From contig JAZQNO010000028.1 in the NCBI GenBank assembly GCA_045627385.1, positions 41,400-105,399 on the forward strand: a stretch of DNA of 64,000 nucleotides, written 5' to 3'. Source of the stretch: Bacteroidales bacterium. Lineage in GTDB: Bacteria > Bacteroidota > Bacteroidia > Bacteroidales > UBA1402. Numbering within the stretch: the stretch's first letter is position 1; every line of letters starts with the position of its first letter. Under the pieces are notes generated by a model, which saw only the letters and a program-made list of their open reading frames with translations, was not told the DNA's origin and ran no database searches. Positions 7,578 through 17,194 of this stretch are shown piece after piece. The translations under genes and the position numbers were made by a program.

Positions 7578-9692
7578 ATGGCTTCCCTTACAAACCGTCC
7601 TTTTCTCCGGGCATCGCTGCTGCTTCTTTTTGCCCTTGTCTTCAATCCGTCGATTCTCAGGGCCGGCGATTTCTTCGAATTCGGCACAGCCGTCAATCCG
7701 GAAGGCCGCACGGTCCGGGTCAATTCCGACGGACTGGTCATCGACGGACAGCCTGTGCTGCCGGTGATGGGCGAAATCCATTTCGCCCGTGTCCCGCAGG
7801 CCGACTGGCAACGTGAAATCCGCAAAATGAAGGCCGGCGGCATCACCGTGGTCTCCACTTATGTCTTTTGGATTCATCACGAAGAGGAGGAGGGCCACTG
7901 GAATTGGAGCGGCAACCGCGACCTGCACCGTTTCCTCGAGGTCTGTCAGGCGGAAGGCATGCCGGTGGTCATCCGTGTCGGACCGTTCTGCCATGGCGAG
8001 GTCTATCAGGGCGGTTTTCCGGTCTGGCTGGTCGAAAAGGCGCTGGCTGATCCCGCCAATTTCAAGATACGTTCGCTGGCGCCCGGTTTCATCGAGGCCA
8101 CACGGCAGCTGTACAGCCAGATTTTCTCTCAGGTGAGCGACATGATGTGGAAAAACGGCGGCCCGATCATCGGTATGCAATTGGAGAATGAATGTCGTGG
8201 ACCTTGGGCTTATTACATGAAACTCAAGGAAATGGCTTTGGAAATCGGATTCGATCTGCCGTTCTACACGCGCACGGGTTGGCCTAAGCTCAACGGCAAG
8301 GAGACTTTCGGCGAGTTTCTGCCGCTCTACGGCGATTATGCCGACGGTTTCTGGGACCGCACGCTGGACGACATGCCCGGGAGCTACGCTCAGGCTTTCG
8401 TGATGAAGAACGAGCGTCTGAGCGCGGTCATCGCCACTGAAACATTCGGCACCGACCAGAACACTGCGCTCGAAAAGAAAGACCTTCAGTATCCCTATTT
8501 CACGTGTGAACTTGGCGGCGGCATGATGACATCGTACCACCGGCGCATCAACATCAGCGGACGCGAAATTCTTCCGCTGGCCATCTGTAAACTGGGCTCG
8601 GGCAGCAATCTGCCGGGCTACTACATGTACCACGGTGGCACCAATCCCTACTGCGATGCCCATACGATGGCCGAGACGCAGGCTTCTCCGGTGACCAACT
8701 ACAACGACATGCCGTATCTCAGCTACGATTTCCAGTCGCCGCTGGGCGAAATGGGCCAGCTCAACGAGACGGCTTTCCACACGAGCCGCTGGCTGCACCA
8801 GTTCCTGGCGGACTGGGGCGGAGAACTGTCGCAGATGCCGGTGGACACGCTGTCGGAACATTATGCCCGACGCGGCTGCTTTGTCTTCCGCAACGACTAC
8901 GTGCGCATTCTCAACGAGTCGGGCACGGCTTCGGTCACGCCCGAAAACATGGAGTGGAAGGGACTGCACATCACTTCTTCGTCGGTGCAGCCTTTTGCCA
9001 AGGCCGACGGCATGCTCTATTTCATCACGGTCCCCGGTCAGAAGCCCAGGCTTCGGATCGACGGCCGGTGTTTCGCTCCCAAGTTGGACAGAACATTGAA
9101 AGTCAAGAATCACAGGCTGATGGTGCTGTCGCCCGAAATGGCGCGGACCGCCTATGTGATCGATGGAAAGATGTGCTTTTCAGGCCATGGTGGGGTGCTT
9201 TACAAAGATGGAGACGGCATTGTGGAGGAGGCGTGGGAAAATCTAGGCCCCGAGCACGTGCAGGTGCGTTCTGTCTGTCAGGCGGTTTCGCTGCGCGAGG
9301 TGCCGATGGGCATTCAGAAGGTGGCGGCCATGCCGGTCGAAGCCGATTTCGACAAGGCGGCTGTCTGGACGCTTTCTTTCGACGACGCCATTTCGGACGG
9401 AGCGGTTTCCTGGGATGACCTTTTCCTGAAGATATCCTATCGGGGCGATGTGGCCCGTGTCTATGCCGACGGCAAGCTGGTGGAGGACAATTTCTGGAAC
9501 GGAAAGGACATGCTGGTGCGCATGAGTGAATTGAAAGGCAAGAAGGTGGAGCTGCGCATCCTGCCGATGGGCAAGGATTATCCGATTTACCTGCAGCGGG
9601 AACAGCGGGCTGTCCTGGAAAGGGATGCGGTCGACGGTGCACTTTGCGCCCTCGATGCTGTCTGTTTGCTGAATAGGAAAGTTTTCCCCTGA
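7578..9692 (+). CDS. GH35 beta-galactosidase, secreted
   Basis: N-terminal signal peptide. Motifs FARVPQADWQREIRKMKAGGI, STYVFWIHHE and the acid/base region GMQLENE are present. Confidence 0.88.
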   Translation: MASLTNRPFLRASLLLLFALVFNPSILRAGDFFEFGTAVNPEGRTVRVNSDGLVIDGQPVLPVMGEIHFARVPQADWQREIRKMKAGGITVVSTYVFWIHHEEEEGHWNWSGNRDLHRFLEVCQAEGMPVVIRVGPFCHGEVYQGGFPVWLVEKALADPANFKIRSLAPGFIEATRQLYSQIFSQVSDMMWKNGGPIIGMQLENECRGPWAYYMKLKEMALEIGFDLPFYTRTGWPKLNGKETFGEFLPLYGDYADGFWDRTLDDMPGSYAQAFVMKNERLSAVIATETFGTDQNTALEKKDLQYPYFTCELGGGMMTSYHRRINISGREILPLAICKLGSGSNLPGYYMYHGGTNPYCDAHTMAETQASPVTNYNDMPYLSYDFQSPLGEMGQLNETAFHTSRWLHQFLADWGGELSQMPVDTLSEHYARRGCFVFRNDYVRILNESGTASVTPENMEWKGLHITSSSVQPFAKADGMLYFITVPGQKPRLRIDGRCFAPKLDRTLKVKNHRLMVLSPEMARTAYVIDGKMCFSGHGGVLYKDGDGIVEEAWENLGPEHVQVRSVCQAVSLREVPMGIQKVAAMPVEADFDKAAVWTLSFDDAISDGAVSWDDLFLKISYRGDVARVYADGKLVEDNFWNGKDMLVRMSELKGKKVELRILPMGKDYPIYLQREQRAVLERDAVDGALCALDAVCLLNRKVFP

Positions 9693-9732
9693 AAAATTGA
9701 TTTATGATGTTGCCAGTGTGGCGGTCAAGCAC

Positions 9733-9740
9733 TAATTTTG
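9733..9740 (+). promoter_or_regulatory. Candidate -7 box (TAATTTTG) for glnS
   Basis: Matches TAnnTTTG 47 nt upstream of the glnS ATG. Confidence 0.45.
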
Positions 9741-9786
9741 TCACACGAAAAGAGCCCCCCGGAAGGGGCTTGAATAATGATTTGTC

Positions 9787-11535
9787 ATGAGTGAAGAAAT
9801 GGTTTCTCAAGAAGAGAAGAAAAGTCTCAATTTCATTGAGCAGATAGTGGAGGACAACCTCAAGAAGGGCCTGAACGACGGCCGCATCCAGACGCGTTTT
9901 CCTCCGGAGCCCAACGGCTACCTGCATATCGGTCATGCCAAGGCCATCTGCATGGATTTCGGTATGGCTCAGAAGTATGGCGGCGTGTGCAACCTGCGCT
10001 TTGATGACACGAATCCGACCAAGGAAGATACAGAATATGTGGATGCCATCAAGGAAGACATCAAATGGCTCGGCTATCAGTGGGGCAATGAATACTATGC
10101 CTCCGACTATTTTCCTCAGCTTTGGGATTTCGCCATTCGTCTGATCAAGGAAGGAAAGGCCTATGTGGACGAGCAGAGCAGCGAAGAGATTGCCGCCCAG
10201 AAGGGCACACCGACTGTTCCGGGCCAGAATAGCCCCTACCGCGACCGTCCTGTCGAGGAGAGTCTCGACCTGTTCCAACGGATGAACAGCGGCGAAATTG
10301 ACGAGGGCCGCATGGTGCTGCGCGCCAAAATCGACATGGCCAATCCGAACATGCATTTCCGCGATCCTATCATATACCGCGTAGTGAAACATCCGCACCA
10401 CCGCACGGGCACCACTTGGAAAGCCTATCCCATGTACGATTTCGCCCACGGACAGAGCGACTATTTCGAAGGCGTGACGCATTCGCTCTGCACGCTTGAG
10501 TTTGTGGTTCACCGTCCGCTTTACGACTTGTTCATCGATTGGCTCAAGGAAGGCAAGGACCTGGAAGACCACCGTCCCCGTCAGCGCGAATTCAACAAGT
10601 TGAATCTCAGCTATACGCTGATGAGCAAGCGCAACCTGCTCATCCTGGTCAAGGAAGGCCTGGTGAACGGTTGGGACGATCCGCGCATGCCGACTCTCTG
10701 CGGCTTCCGACGCCGCGGCTACAGCCCTGAAAGCATCCACAATTTCGTGGACAAGATTGGCTATACCACTTTCGACGCCCTCAACGAGATTTCCCTGCTC
10801 GAAGCGGCTTGCCGCGAAGATCTGAACGGACGCGCCCAGCGTGTCAGCGCTGTGCTGGATCCGGTCAAGCTCATCATCACCAATTATCCGGAAGCTCAGA
10901 CCGAACAGCTGGTCGCCCAGAACAATCCCGAGAACGAGGCCGACGGCACGCACGAAATCACTTTCAGCCGTGAACTCTGGATCGAACGCGACGACTTCAA
11001 CGAAACGGCCGACAAGAAATTCATGCGTCTTGGACCGGGCAAGGAAGTCCGTCTGAAGAACGCCTACATCATCCGCTGCCCCGAAGAGAACTGCTGCCGC
11101 AAGGACGAAAACGGTCGGGTGGTGGAAATCTACGCTGAATACGACCCCGAAACGCGCAGTGGTTTGCCCGGTGCTGACCGCAAGATCAAGGGAAAGACGC
11201 TGCATTGGCTCAGCACGGCCCATTGTCAGGAAGCTGAAGTGCGTCTCTACGACCGTCTTTGGATGGTGGAGAATCCGCGTGACGACATGGCCCGCATCAA
11301 AGAAGAGCAGGGCTGCGAGTCGCTCGAGGCCATGAAGCAGATGATCAACCCCGATTCGCTTCACATTCAGAAGGCTTTTGTGGAGCCATGGGCCGCCCGG
11401 CAGCCGGCGCTGACCTATCTGCAGTTCCAACGTATCGGCTATTTCAATGTGGATCCCGATTCGACTCCGGAACATCCTGTATTCAACCGCACGGTCGGGT
11501 TGAAGGACACTTGGAGCAAACTGATGAATAAATAG
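9787..11535 (+). CDS. glnS: Glutaminyl-tRNA synthetase
   Basis: The HIGH motif (PEPNGYLHIGHAKA) and the KMSKS-type motif (LMSKR) are present. 582 aa. Confidence 0.95.
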   Translation: MSEEMVSQEEKKSLNFIEQIVEDNLKKGLNDGRIQTRFPPEPNGYLHIGHAKAICMDFGMAQKYGGVCNLRFDDTNPTKEDTEYVDAIKEDIKWLGYQWGNEYYASDYFPQLWDFAIRLIKEGKAYVDEQSSEEIAAQKGTPTVPGQNSPYRDRPVEESLDLFQRMNSGEIDEGRMVLRAKIDMANPNMHFRDPIIYRVVKHPHHRTGTTWKAYPMYDFAHGQSDYFEGVTHSLCTLEFVVHRPLYDLFIDWLKEGKDLEDHRPRQREFNKLNLSYTLMSKRNLLILVKEGLVNGWDDPRMPTLCGFRRRGYSPESIHNFVDKIGYTTFDALNEISLLEAACREDLNGRAQRVSAVLDPVKLIITNYPEAQTEQLVAQNNPENEADGTHEITFSRELWIERDDFNETADKKFMRLGPGKEVRLKNAYIIRCPEENCCRKDENGRVVEIYAEYDPETRSGLPGADRKIKGKTLHWLSTAHCQEAEVRLYDRLWMVENPRDDMARIKEEQGCESLEAMKQMINPDSLHIQKAFVEPWAARQPALTYLQFQRIGYFNVDPDSTPEHPVFNRTVGLKDTWSKLMNK

Positions 11536-11539
11536 TCCG

Positions 11540-12919
11540 ATGGCGGCTTCGAATCCTGACAAAGAATATGTCCGAGAACTGAGCCGGCGCTACGAATCGC
11601 AGCGCCGGAGCGGCCGTTCTGTCTATTTCGATGCCGATGACTTCGATTGCCTGATTGAGTATTATTTCGATTTGAACGAGATGGATAAGTCGCACGACCT
11701 CATCGAGTCGGCACTCCGTATCCATCCTTCGTCTGAAAATTTGAAACTGAGGCGCGCCGAATGGTTCCTCAATTCGGACAAACCCAAGAAATGTCTGCGC
11801 CTCTTGGACGAACTCGCTGACAACGAGGATGTCCGTTTGGTGCGTTCATCAGCGCTCATCGCCCTCCAACGTTCCGAAGAGGCTTTGGACATACTCCGCC
11901 GGACGGTGGACGAAACCTCCGATTCTGTGGATCTGCTTTGTCTGGACATATCGGACATTCTCCTATTCTACGGCATGTATGCCGAAGCCTTGTCTTTCAT
12001 CGACAGGGGAATCGAAGCCAATCCGTCCAATACGGAACTGTATGGCGTGGCGGTGGAATGCACGGACAATCTCAACGATTACGAACGCAGCAAGTCTTAC
12101 CTGCGCAGATGGCTCGATTTGGATTCCTTCGATGTGAAAGCCTGGCTGCTCTTGGGCTCCATTTCTTTCGACGCCCGTCAGTATGAAGATACCGTCGAGG
12201 CGTACGAGTATGCGGATGCGCTTCTGTCGAAGCCGCTTCCGACGATGCTGATGCAGTTGGGCGATGCCTATGCCTGGCTCGGCCGTACGCAGGAGGCGCT
12301 GGAAACCTACCGGCGCACGCTGGACCTTCTCGACGATCCTTTGGATCAAAGCACCCTCATGGGCTGCATTGCCCAATGTTACGAAAAACAGAAAGCGTAT
12401 GACGAGGCGCTGCAATGGTATGACAAGGCGCTGGAACTGGACTCGGAAGACGAACAGGTGCTCATCGGAAAGGGTGTCTGCTACATGGATATGACGCTCT
12501 ATGACGAAGCCTTGGAAACATACGAACAGGTGCTGAAAATCAATGAGGAAAATGCAGAAGTCTGGCACTACATAGGCGACTATTTCATCGCGGTCGAACA
12601 GTTCGACAATGCGGTGGCCGCTTACGAAAAAGCTATCGACATGAAGCCCTCCGACCAGTATACGCTGGTGCAGTTGGGTACGCTGTATTTCCAGCGTGGC
12701 GATTTCCAACGTTCGGTCGATTATTTTCTGAAAGCGGCCGATTCCGGCAAACCCATTCCCCGGATTTATGCATTTCTGGCGGCCGACTATACGCTGATGG
12801 GCAAGGACAACGAGGCCGAATACATGCTGAAGAAAGCCTTGGAACTCAGTCCTGATGCGGCGAATCTGTACAATATGCTCATCACCGACGATGAGGAGGA
12901 ATCTCGGCGCAATGGTTGA
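11540..12919 (+). CDS. Tetratricopeptide-repeat protein, function unknown
   Basis: Repeated 34-aa Ala/Tyr/Leu patterns such as AYEKAIDMKPSD and ALQWYDKALELDSED. Starts 4 nt after glnS. Confidence 0.7.
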   Translation: MAASNPDKEYVRELSRRYESQRRSGRSVYFDADDFDCLIEYYFDLNEMDKSHDLIESALRIHPSSENLKLRRAEWFLNSDKPKKCLRLLDELADNEDVRLVRSSALIALQRSEEALDILRRTVDETSDSVDLLCLDISDILLFYGMYAEALSFIDRGIEANPSNTELYGVAVECTDNLNDYERSKSYLRRWLDLDSFDVKAWLLLGSISFDARQYEDTVEAYEYADALLSKPLPTMLMQLGDAYAWLGRTQEALETYRRTLDLLDDPLDQSTLMGCIAQCYEKQKAYDEALQWYDKALELDSEDEQVLIGKGVCYMDMTLYDEALETYEQVLKINEENAEVWHYIGDYFIAVEQFDNAVAAYEKAIDMKPSDQYTLVQLGTLYFQRGDFQRSVDYFLKAADSGKPIPRIYAFLAADYTLMGKDNEAEYMLKKALELSPDAANLYNMLITDDEEESRRNG

Positions 12920-13673
12920 GTTCGGCATCATCGGCAATCCTCTGGGCCATTCCCGTTCGCAGGAATATTTCAACGCCCGTTTTCAGTCGGAACACATTCC
13001 GGCGGTCTATCGCAATTTCCCTTTGGACAAGTTGGACGGCTTCCGCGATTGGGTGGCGTCGCGCCCAGACCTGCAGGGTCTGAACGTGACATTTCCCTAC
13101 AAAGAGCAGGTGATGCCCTTTCTCGACTGGATTTCGCCCGAGGCCGCTGCCATTGGCGCTGTCAATCTCATCCGTATCGAACATGGGGCGGAAGGATTCT
13201 TTCTGAAGGGCTACAATACGGATTGTCTGGGTTTCCGGCAGGATTTCCGCGACTGGATGAGCGCTCTGAAAATCGACATGACGGGCCTGAAGGCCCTGGT
13301 ATTGGGCACGGGCGGCGCATCTAAGGCTGTCCGTACGGCTTTGCAGTCTATGGGCATTCCATTCCGGCTGGTGTCGCGCGACGCCTCCAAAGGCATTCCT
13401 TACGGATTGCTCGACGCGGAACTGATGCGCGAGTGCCGGCTCATTGTCAACGCCACGCCTCTGGGCATGAGCCCGATGGATGACAAGTGCCCGTCCATTC
13501 CGTATGAATTCGTGTCGTCCCGACATCTGCTGTACGATGTGGTCTACCGGCCTTCGGAGACGCTGTTCATGCAAAAGGGACTGGCGGCTGGCGCCAAGGT
13601 GCGCAACGGCATGGGCATGTGGCAGGCACAGGCACTTGAAAACTGGCAATTGTTCTCTATTTCAAATTTATAA
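12912..13673 (+). CDS. aroE: Shikimate dehydrogenase
   Basis: Start set at the ATG at 12912 (MVEFGIIGNPLGHSRSQEYFN), which overlaps the TPR stop as ATGGTTGA. The NAD(P) loop VLGTGGASKAV is present. Confidence 0.88.
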   Translation: MVEFGIIGNPLGHSRSQEYFNARFQSEHIPAVYRNFPLDKLDGFRDWVASRPDLQGLNVTFPYKEQVMPFLDWISPEAAAIGAVNLIRIEHGAEGFFLKGYNTDCLGFRQDFRDWMSALKIDMTGLKALVLGTGGASKAVRTALQSMGIPFRLVSRDASKGIPYGLLDAELMRECRLIVNATPLGMSPMDDKCPSIPYEFVSSRHLLYDVVYRPSETLFMQKGLAAGAKVRNGMGMWQAQALENWQLFSISNL

Positions 13674-13675
13674 AG

Positions 13676-15673
13676 ATGGAAGAAGAAAAACGTCCGGTGG
13701 AACTTCCGGAAAACGCTTATCGCGAACTGAAAGACGGTGAAACCTACGAACCGGTGATGTCACCCCGCAAGGTGTATCCCGAGGCCAATCTTTGGTCGGT
13801 GGGCTGGGGTGTGCTGATGGCTGTCATTTTTTCGGCTGCGGCTGCCTACTTGGGTCTGAAAGTGGGCCAGGTGTTCGAAGCGGCCATTCCCATCGCCATC
13901 ATCGCGGTCGGGCTTTCCAGTGTGACGAAGCGCAAGAACGCGCTGGGCGAGAATGTGATCATCCAGTCTATCGGCGCCTGCTCGGGCGTGATTGTGGCCG
14001 GTGCCATCTTCACTTTGCCGGCGCTTTATATCCTTCAGGCCAAATATCCCGACATGACGGTCAATTTCATCCAGGTCTTTCTGGCCTCGCTGCTGGGCGG
14101 CATTCTGGGCATTCTGTTCCTGATACCGTTCCGCAAGTATTTTGTCAGCGACATGCACGGCAAATATCCTTTCCCCGAAGCGACGGCCACCACTCAGGTG
14201 CTGATTTCGGGCGAAAAGGGTGCCGGACAGGCAAAACCGCTCATATTCGCAGGTCTCATCGGCGGCTTGTACGATTTCATCGTGGCCACCTTCGGCCTGT
14301 GGACGGAAAACTTCACTTCGCGGGTATGCGCTTGGGGCTCGGCTCTGGCCACCAAGGCCAAATTGGTGTTCAGCATCAATACGGGTGCTGCCGTCCTGGG
14401 TCTCGGCTATATTGTGGGCTTGAAATATGCGGCCATCATCACCATCGGCTCTGCCGTGGTCTGGTTTGTCATCGTGCCGCTGCTGCCTCTCTTGGGTGAC
14501 GGCTTTCTTCAGATGCTGAATCCGGCCGTGACGGATGCGGTCGCTTCGATGGAACCGGAACAGATTTTCTCGAGTTATGCCCGCCATATCGGTATCGGCG
14601 GCATCGCCATGGCCGGCATTCTGGGCATTCTCAAGTCTTGGCCTGTCATCAAGAGCGCGGTCAGTCTGGCCGGACGCGAACTCAAAGGCGGCCAGGCCAC
14701 CGGCGAGAGCCGTGCCGAAGTGCTGCGCACCCGTCGTGACTTGTCCATGAAGATTGTCATCATCGGTGTCGTCGTCGCTCTGGCGGCCGTGTTTGCCTTC
14801 TTCTTTTTCGGTGTGATGAATTTCAATCTGCTCCACGCTGTGGTGGGCATTCTGGTGGTAGGTGTCATCGCCTTCCTTTTCACGACGGTCGCTGCCAACG
14901 CCATCGCCATTGTGGGCACCAATCCGGTTTCGGGTATGACGCTGATGACGTTGATTCTGGCATCGGTCATCATGGTGGCTGTGGGCCTGAAGGGCGCCAC
15001 GGGTATCGTGTCGGCGCTGATCATGGGCGGTGTGGTCTGCACGGCGCTTTCCATGGCCGGCGGCTTTGTGACCGACCTCAAAATCGGCTATTGGTTGGGC
15101 TCTACTCCCAAGGTGCAGGAAACCTGGAAATTCCTGGGCACGCTGGTATCGGCCTTTACCGTGGGCGGTGTGCTGATCATTCTCAACAAGACATACGGAT
15201 TTGTCGGTGAAAATGCCTTGGTGGCTCCGCAAGCCAATGCCATGGCGGCTGTCATCGATCCGCTGATGTCGGGCACGGGTGCTCCCTGGTGGCTCTACGC
15301 CTTCGGCGCGCTGCTGGCACTGGTCCTGAATTTCTGCCACATTCCGGCTCTGGCCTTCTCGCTGGGCATGTTCATCCCGTTCCAGCTCAATATTCCTCTT
15401 GTCGTCGGCGGTTTCATCAACTGGTTCGTCGGCAGCCGTTCGAAAGACGCTCGCCTCAATACGGAACGCAAGGAAAAAGGCACGCTGCTTGCCAGCGGAT
15501 TCATCGCCGGCGGTGCACTTATGGGCGTTGTCAGCGCGGCTCTGCGCTTTGGCGGTCTGGATCTGATGATGGGAGAGTGGAGCAGCTCCACAGGTGCCGA
15601 AGTGCTTTCCATAGTGATGTATGCGGTGCTGATCGCCTGGTTCATCCGCAGCGTGCTGAAAAAGGAAAAATAA
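13676..15673 (+). CDS. OPT-family oligopeptide transporter
   Basis: 665 aa and polytopic. The N-terminal pattern YRELKDGETYEP...AAYLGLKVG is typical of bacterial OPT proteins. Starts 2 nt after aroE. Confidence 0.8.
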   Translation: MEEEKRPVELPENAYRELKDGETYEPVMSPRKVYPEANLWSVGWGVLMAVIFSAAAAYLGLKVGQVFEAAIPIAIIAVGLSSVTKRKNALGENVIIQSIGACSGVIVAGAIFTLPALYILQAKYPDMTVNFIQVFLASLLGGILGILFLIPFRKYFVSDMHGKYPFPEATATTQVLISGEKGAGQAKPLIFAGLIGGLYDFIVATFGLWTENFTSRVCAWGSALATKAKLVFSINTGAAVLGLGYIVGLKYAAIITIGSAVVWFVIVPLLPLLGDGFLQMLNPAVTDAVASMEPEQIFSSYARHIGIGGIAMAGILGILKSWPVIKSAVSLAGRELKGGQATGESRAEVLRTRRDLSMKIVIIGVVVALAAVFAFFFFGVMNFNLLHAVVGILVVGVIAFLFTTVAANAIAIVGTNPVSGMTLMTLILASVIMVAVGLKGATGIVSALIMGGVVCTALSMAGGFVTDLKIGYWLGSTPKVQETWKFLGTLVSAFTVGGVLIILNKTYGFVGENALVAPQANAMAAVIDPLMSGTGAPWWLYAFGALLALVLNFCHIPALAFSLGMFIPFQLNIPLVVGGFINWFVGSRSKDARLNTERKEKGTLLASGFIAGGALMGVVSAALRFGGLDLMMGEWSSSTGAEVLSIVMYAVLIAWFIRSVLKKEK

Positions 15674-15770
15674 TTTTTCCGCATCCGGTTGTTTTTGTCA
15701 AAATAAAAGTCTTAATTTGATGTGCATTTTTATGCGCATTGTATTCTGTATCGTTTAATTGTCAGAAACT

Positions 15771-17108
15771 ATGGATATTGAAAAATTTATGGCCGCTTTG
15801 GAAGCAAAGCATCCGGGCGAAAAAGAGTATCTTCAGGCTGTTCGGGAAGTCTTGCTGACTGTGGAACCCGTTTACAACCGTCATCCTGAATTTGAACGAG
15901 CCAAAATTATGGAGCGTCTGGTCGAACCGGACCGGGTGTTTACCTTCAAGGTGCCCTGGTACGACGACAAGGGCGAAATACAGGTCAATACCGGCTATCG
16001 GGTGCAGTTTAACAATGCCATCGGTCCCTACAAGGGCGGGCTGCGTTTCCATGCATCGGTCAATCTGTCGATTCTGAAGTTTCTGGGTTTTGAACAGACG
16101 TTCAAAAACGCGCTGACCACGCTTCCGATGGGTGGCGGCAAAGGCGGCTCCGATTTTTCTCCCAGAGGCAAATCGTCGGCCGAAATCGAACGTTTCTGTC
16201 ACAATTTCATGCTGGAACTTTGGCGCAATATCGGTCCGGACACGGATGTGCCTGCCGGCGACATCGGTGTAGGTGGCCGTGAAATAGGTTATCTGTTCGG
16301 TATGTACAAGAAGTTGGCACGCGAAAATACGGGCGTGCTGACGGGAAAGGGACTGACCTATGGCGGTTCTCTGGTGCGTCCGGAAGCGACCGGTTTCGGC
16401 GCCTTGTACTTTGTAAATCAGATGTTGGAGACGGCCGGCATTGAACTGGCTGGAAAGACGGTGGCTGTCAGTGGATTTGGCAATGTGGCCTGGGGTGCCG
16501 CTACCAAAGCGACCGAACTGGGCGCCAAGGTGGTCACGCTGTCTGGCCCCGACGGCTATGTCTATGTGCCTCAAGGACTGAACAAGGAAATGATTGACTA
16601 TATGCTGGAACTGCGCGCTTCCAATCAAGATGTCATCGAGCCTTTCGCTGGCGAATTCGGTGTCGAGTTTGTGCCCGCTCGCAAGCCTTGGGAACGCAAG
16701 GTGGATATCGCGTTGCCTTGTGCCACTCAGAACGAACTTTCCGGAGATGATGCCCGTATGTTGGTGGACAATGGCGTCCTTTGTGTGGGTGAAGTCTCCA
16801 ACATGGGCTGCACGCCGGAGGCTATCGATACTTTCATCGCCGCCCGTGTCATCTACGGCCCCGGCAAGGCAGTCAATGCCGGAGGCGTCTCGGTTTCGGG
16901 TCTGGAAATGACTCAGAATGCCGAGCATCTGGCTTGGACGGCTGCGGAAGTCGATGCCCGTCTTCATCAGATTATGTCGAGCATCCATTCGCAGTGTGTG
17001 CGCTATGGCAAGGAGGCCGACGGCTACATCAACTATATGAAGGGAGCCAACATCGCCGGCTTCATGAAAGTGGCGCAGGCTATGCTGGACGAGGGTTATC
17101 TGGGATAG
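15771..17108 (+). CDS. gdhA: NAD(P)-specific glutamate dehydrogenase
   Basis: Motifs KGGLRFH and LPMGGGKGGSDF are present. The ATG at 15771 is preferred over the TTG at 15759 used by the ORF track. Confidence 0.95.
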   Translation: MDIEKFMAALEAKHPGEKEYLQAVREVLLTVEPVYNRHPEFERAKIMERLVEPDRVFTFKVPWYDDKGEIQVNTGYRVQFNNAIGPYKGGLRFHASVNLSILKFLGFEQTFKNALTTLPMGGGKGGSDFSPRGKSSAEIERFCHNFMLELWRNIGPDTDVPAGDIGVGGREIGYLFGMYKKLARENTGVLTGKGLTYGGSLVRPEATGFGALYFVNQMLETAGIELAGKTVAVSGFGNVAWGAATKATELGAKVVTLSGPDGYVYVPQGLNKEMIDYMLELRASNQDVIEPFAGEFGVEFVPARKPWERKVDIALPCATQNELSGDDARMLVDNGVLCVGEVSNMGCTPEAIDTFIAARVIYGPGKAVNAGGVSVSGLEMTQNAEHLAWTAAEVDARLHQIMSSIHSQCVRYGKEADGYINYMKGANIAGFMKVAQAMLDEGYLG

Positions 17109-17138
17109 TGCCTCTGAGGGACAGTCAGTGAAAACGAA

Positions 17139-17172
17139 ACAACCCCGAAAACCGACCGGTTTTCGGGGTTGT
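17139..17172. terminator. Bidirectional terminator between convergent gdhA and valS
   Basis: Perfect 16-nt arms ACAACCCCGAAAACCG / CGGTTTTCGGGGTTGT. Confidence 0.8.
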
Positions 17173-17194
17173 CTATTCTGTGACCTGAACGATG

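Noticed and set aside
9753-9770. The hairpin AGCCCC-CCGGAA-GGGGCT, considered as the GH35 terminator.
   Set aside because: The stem is only 6 bp and no T-run follows. It lies downstream of the candidate glnS -7 box, so it could equally be part of the glnS leader. It is left uncalled.
7521-11562. Long minus-strand ORFs (7521..9113 and 9103..11562) covering the GH35 gene and glnS.
   Set aside because: They are antisense to two confidently identified genes, have Arg/Ala/His/Pro-rich junk composition and show no motifs. The same applies to 13760..15340, 15762..17969, 30952..33021, 33193..34815, 41299..42759 and 55030..57063 on the minus strand, and to 6054..7343, 17714..19372 and 26823..28655 on the plus strand.
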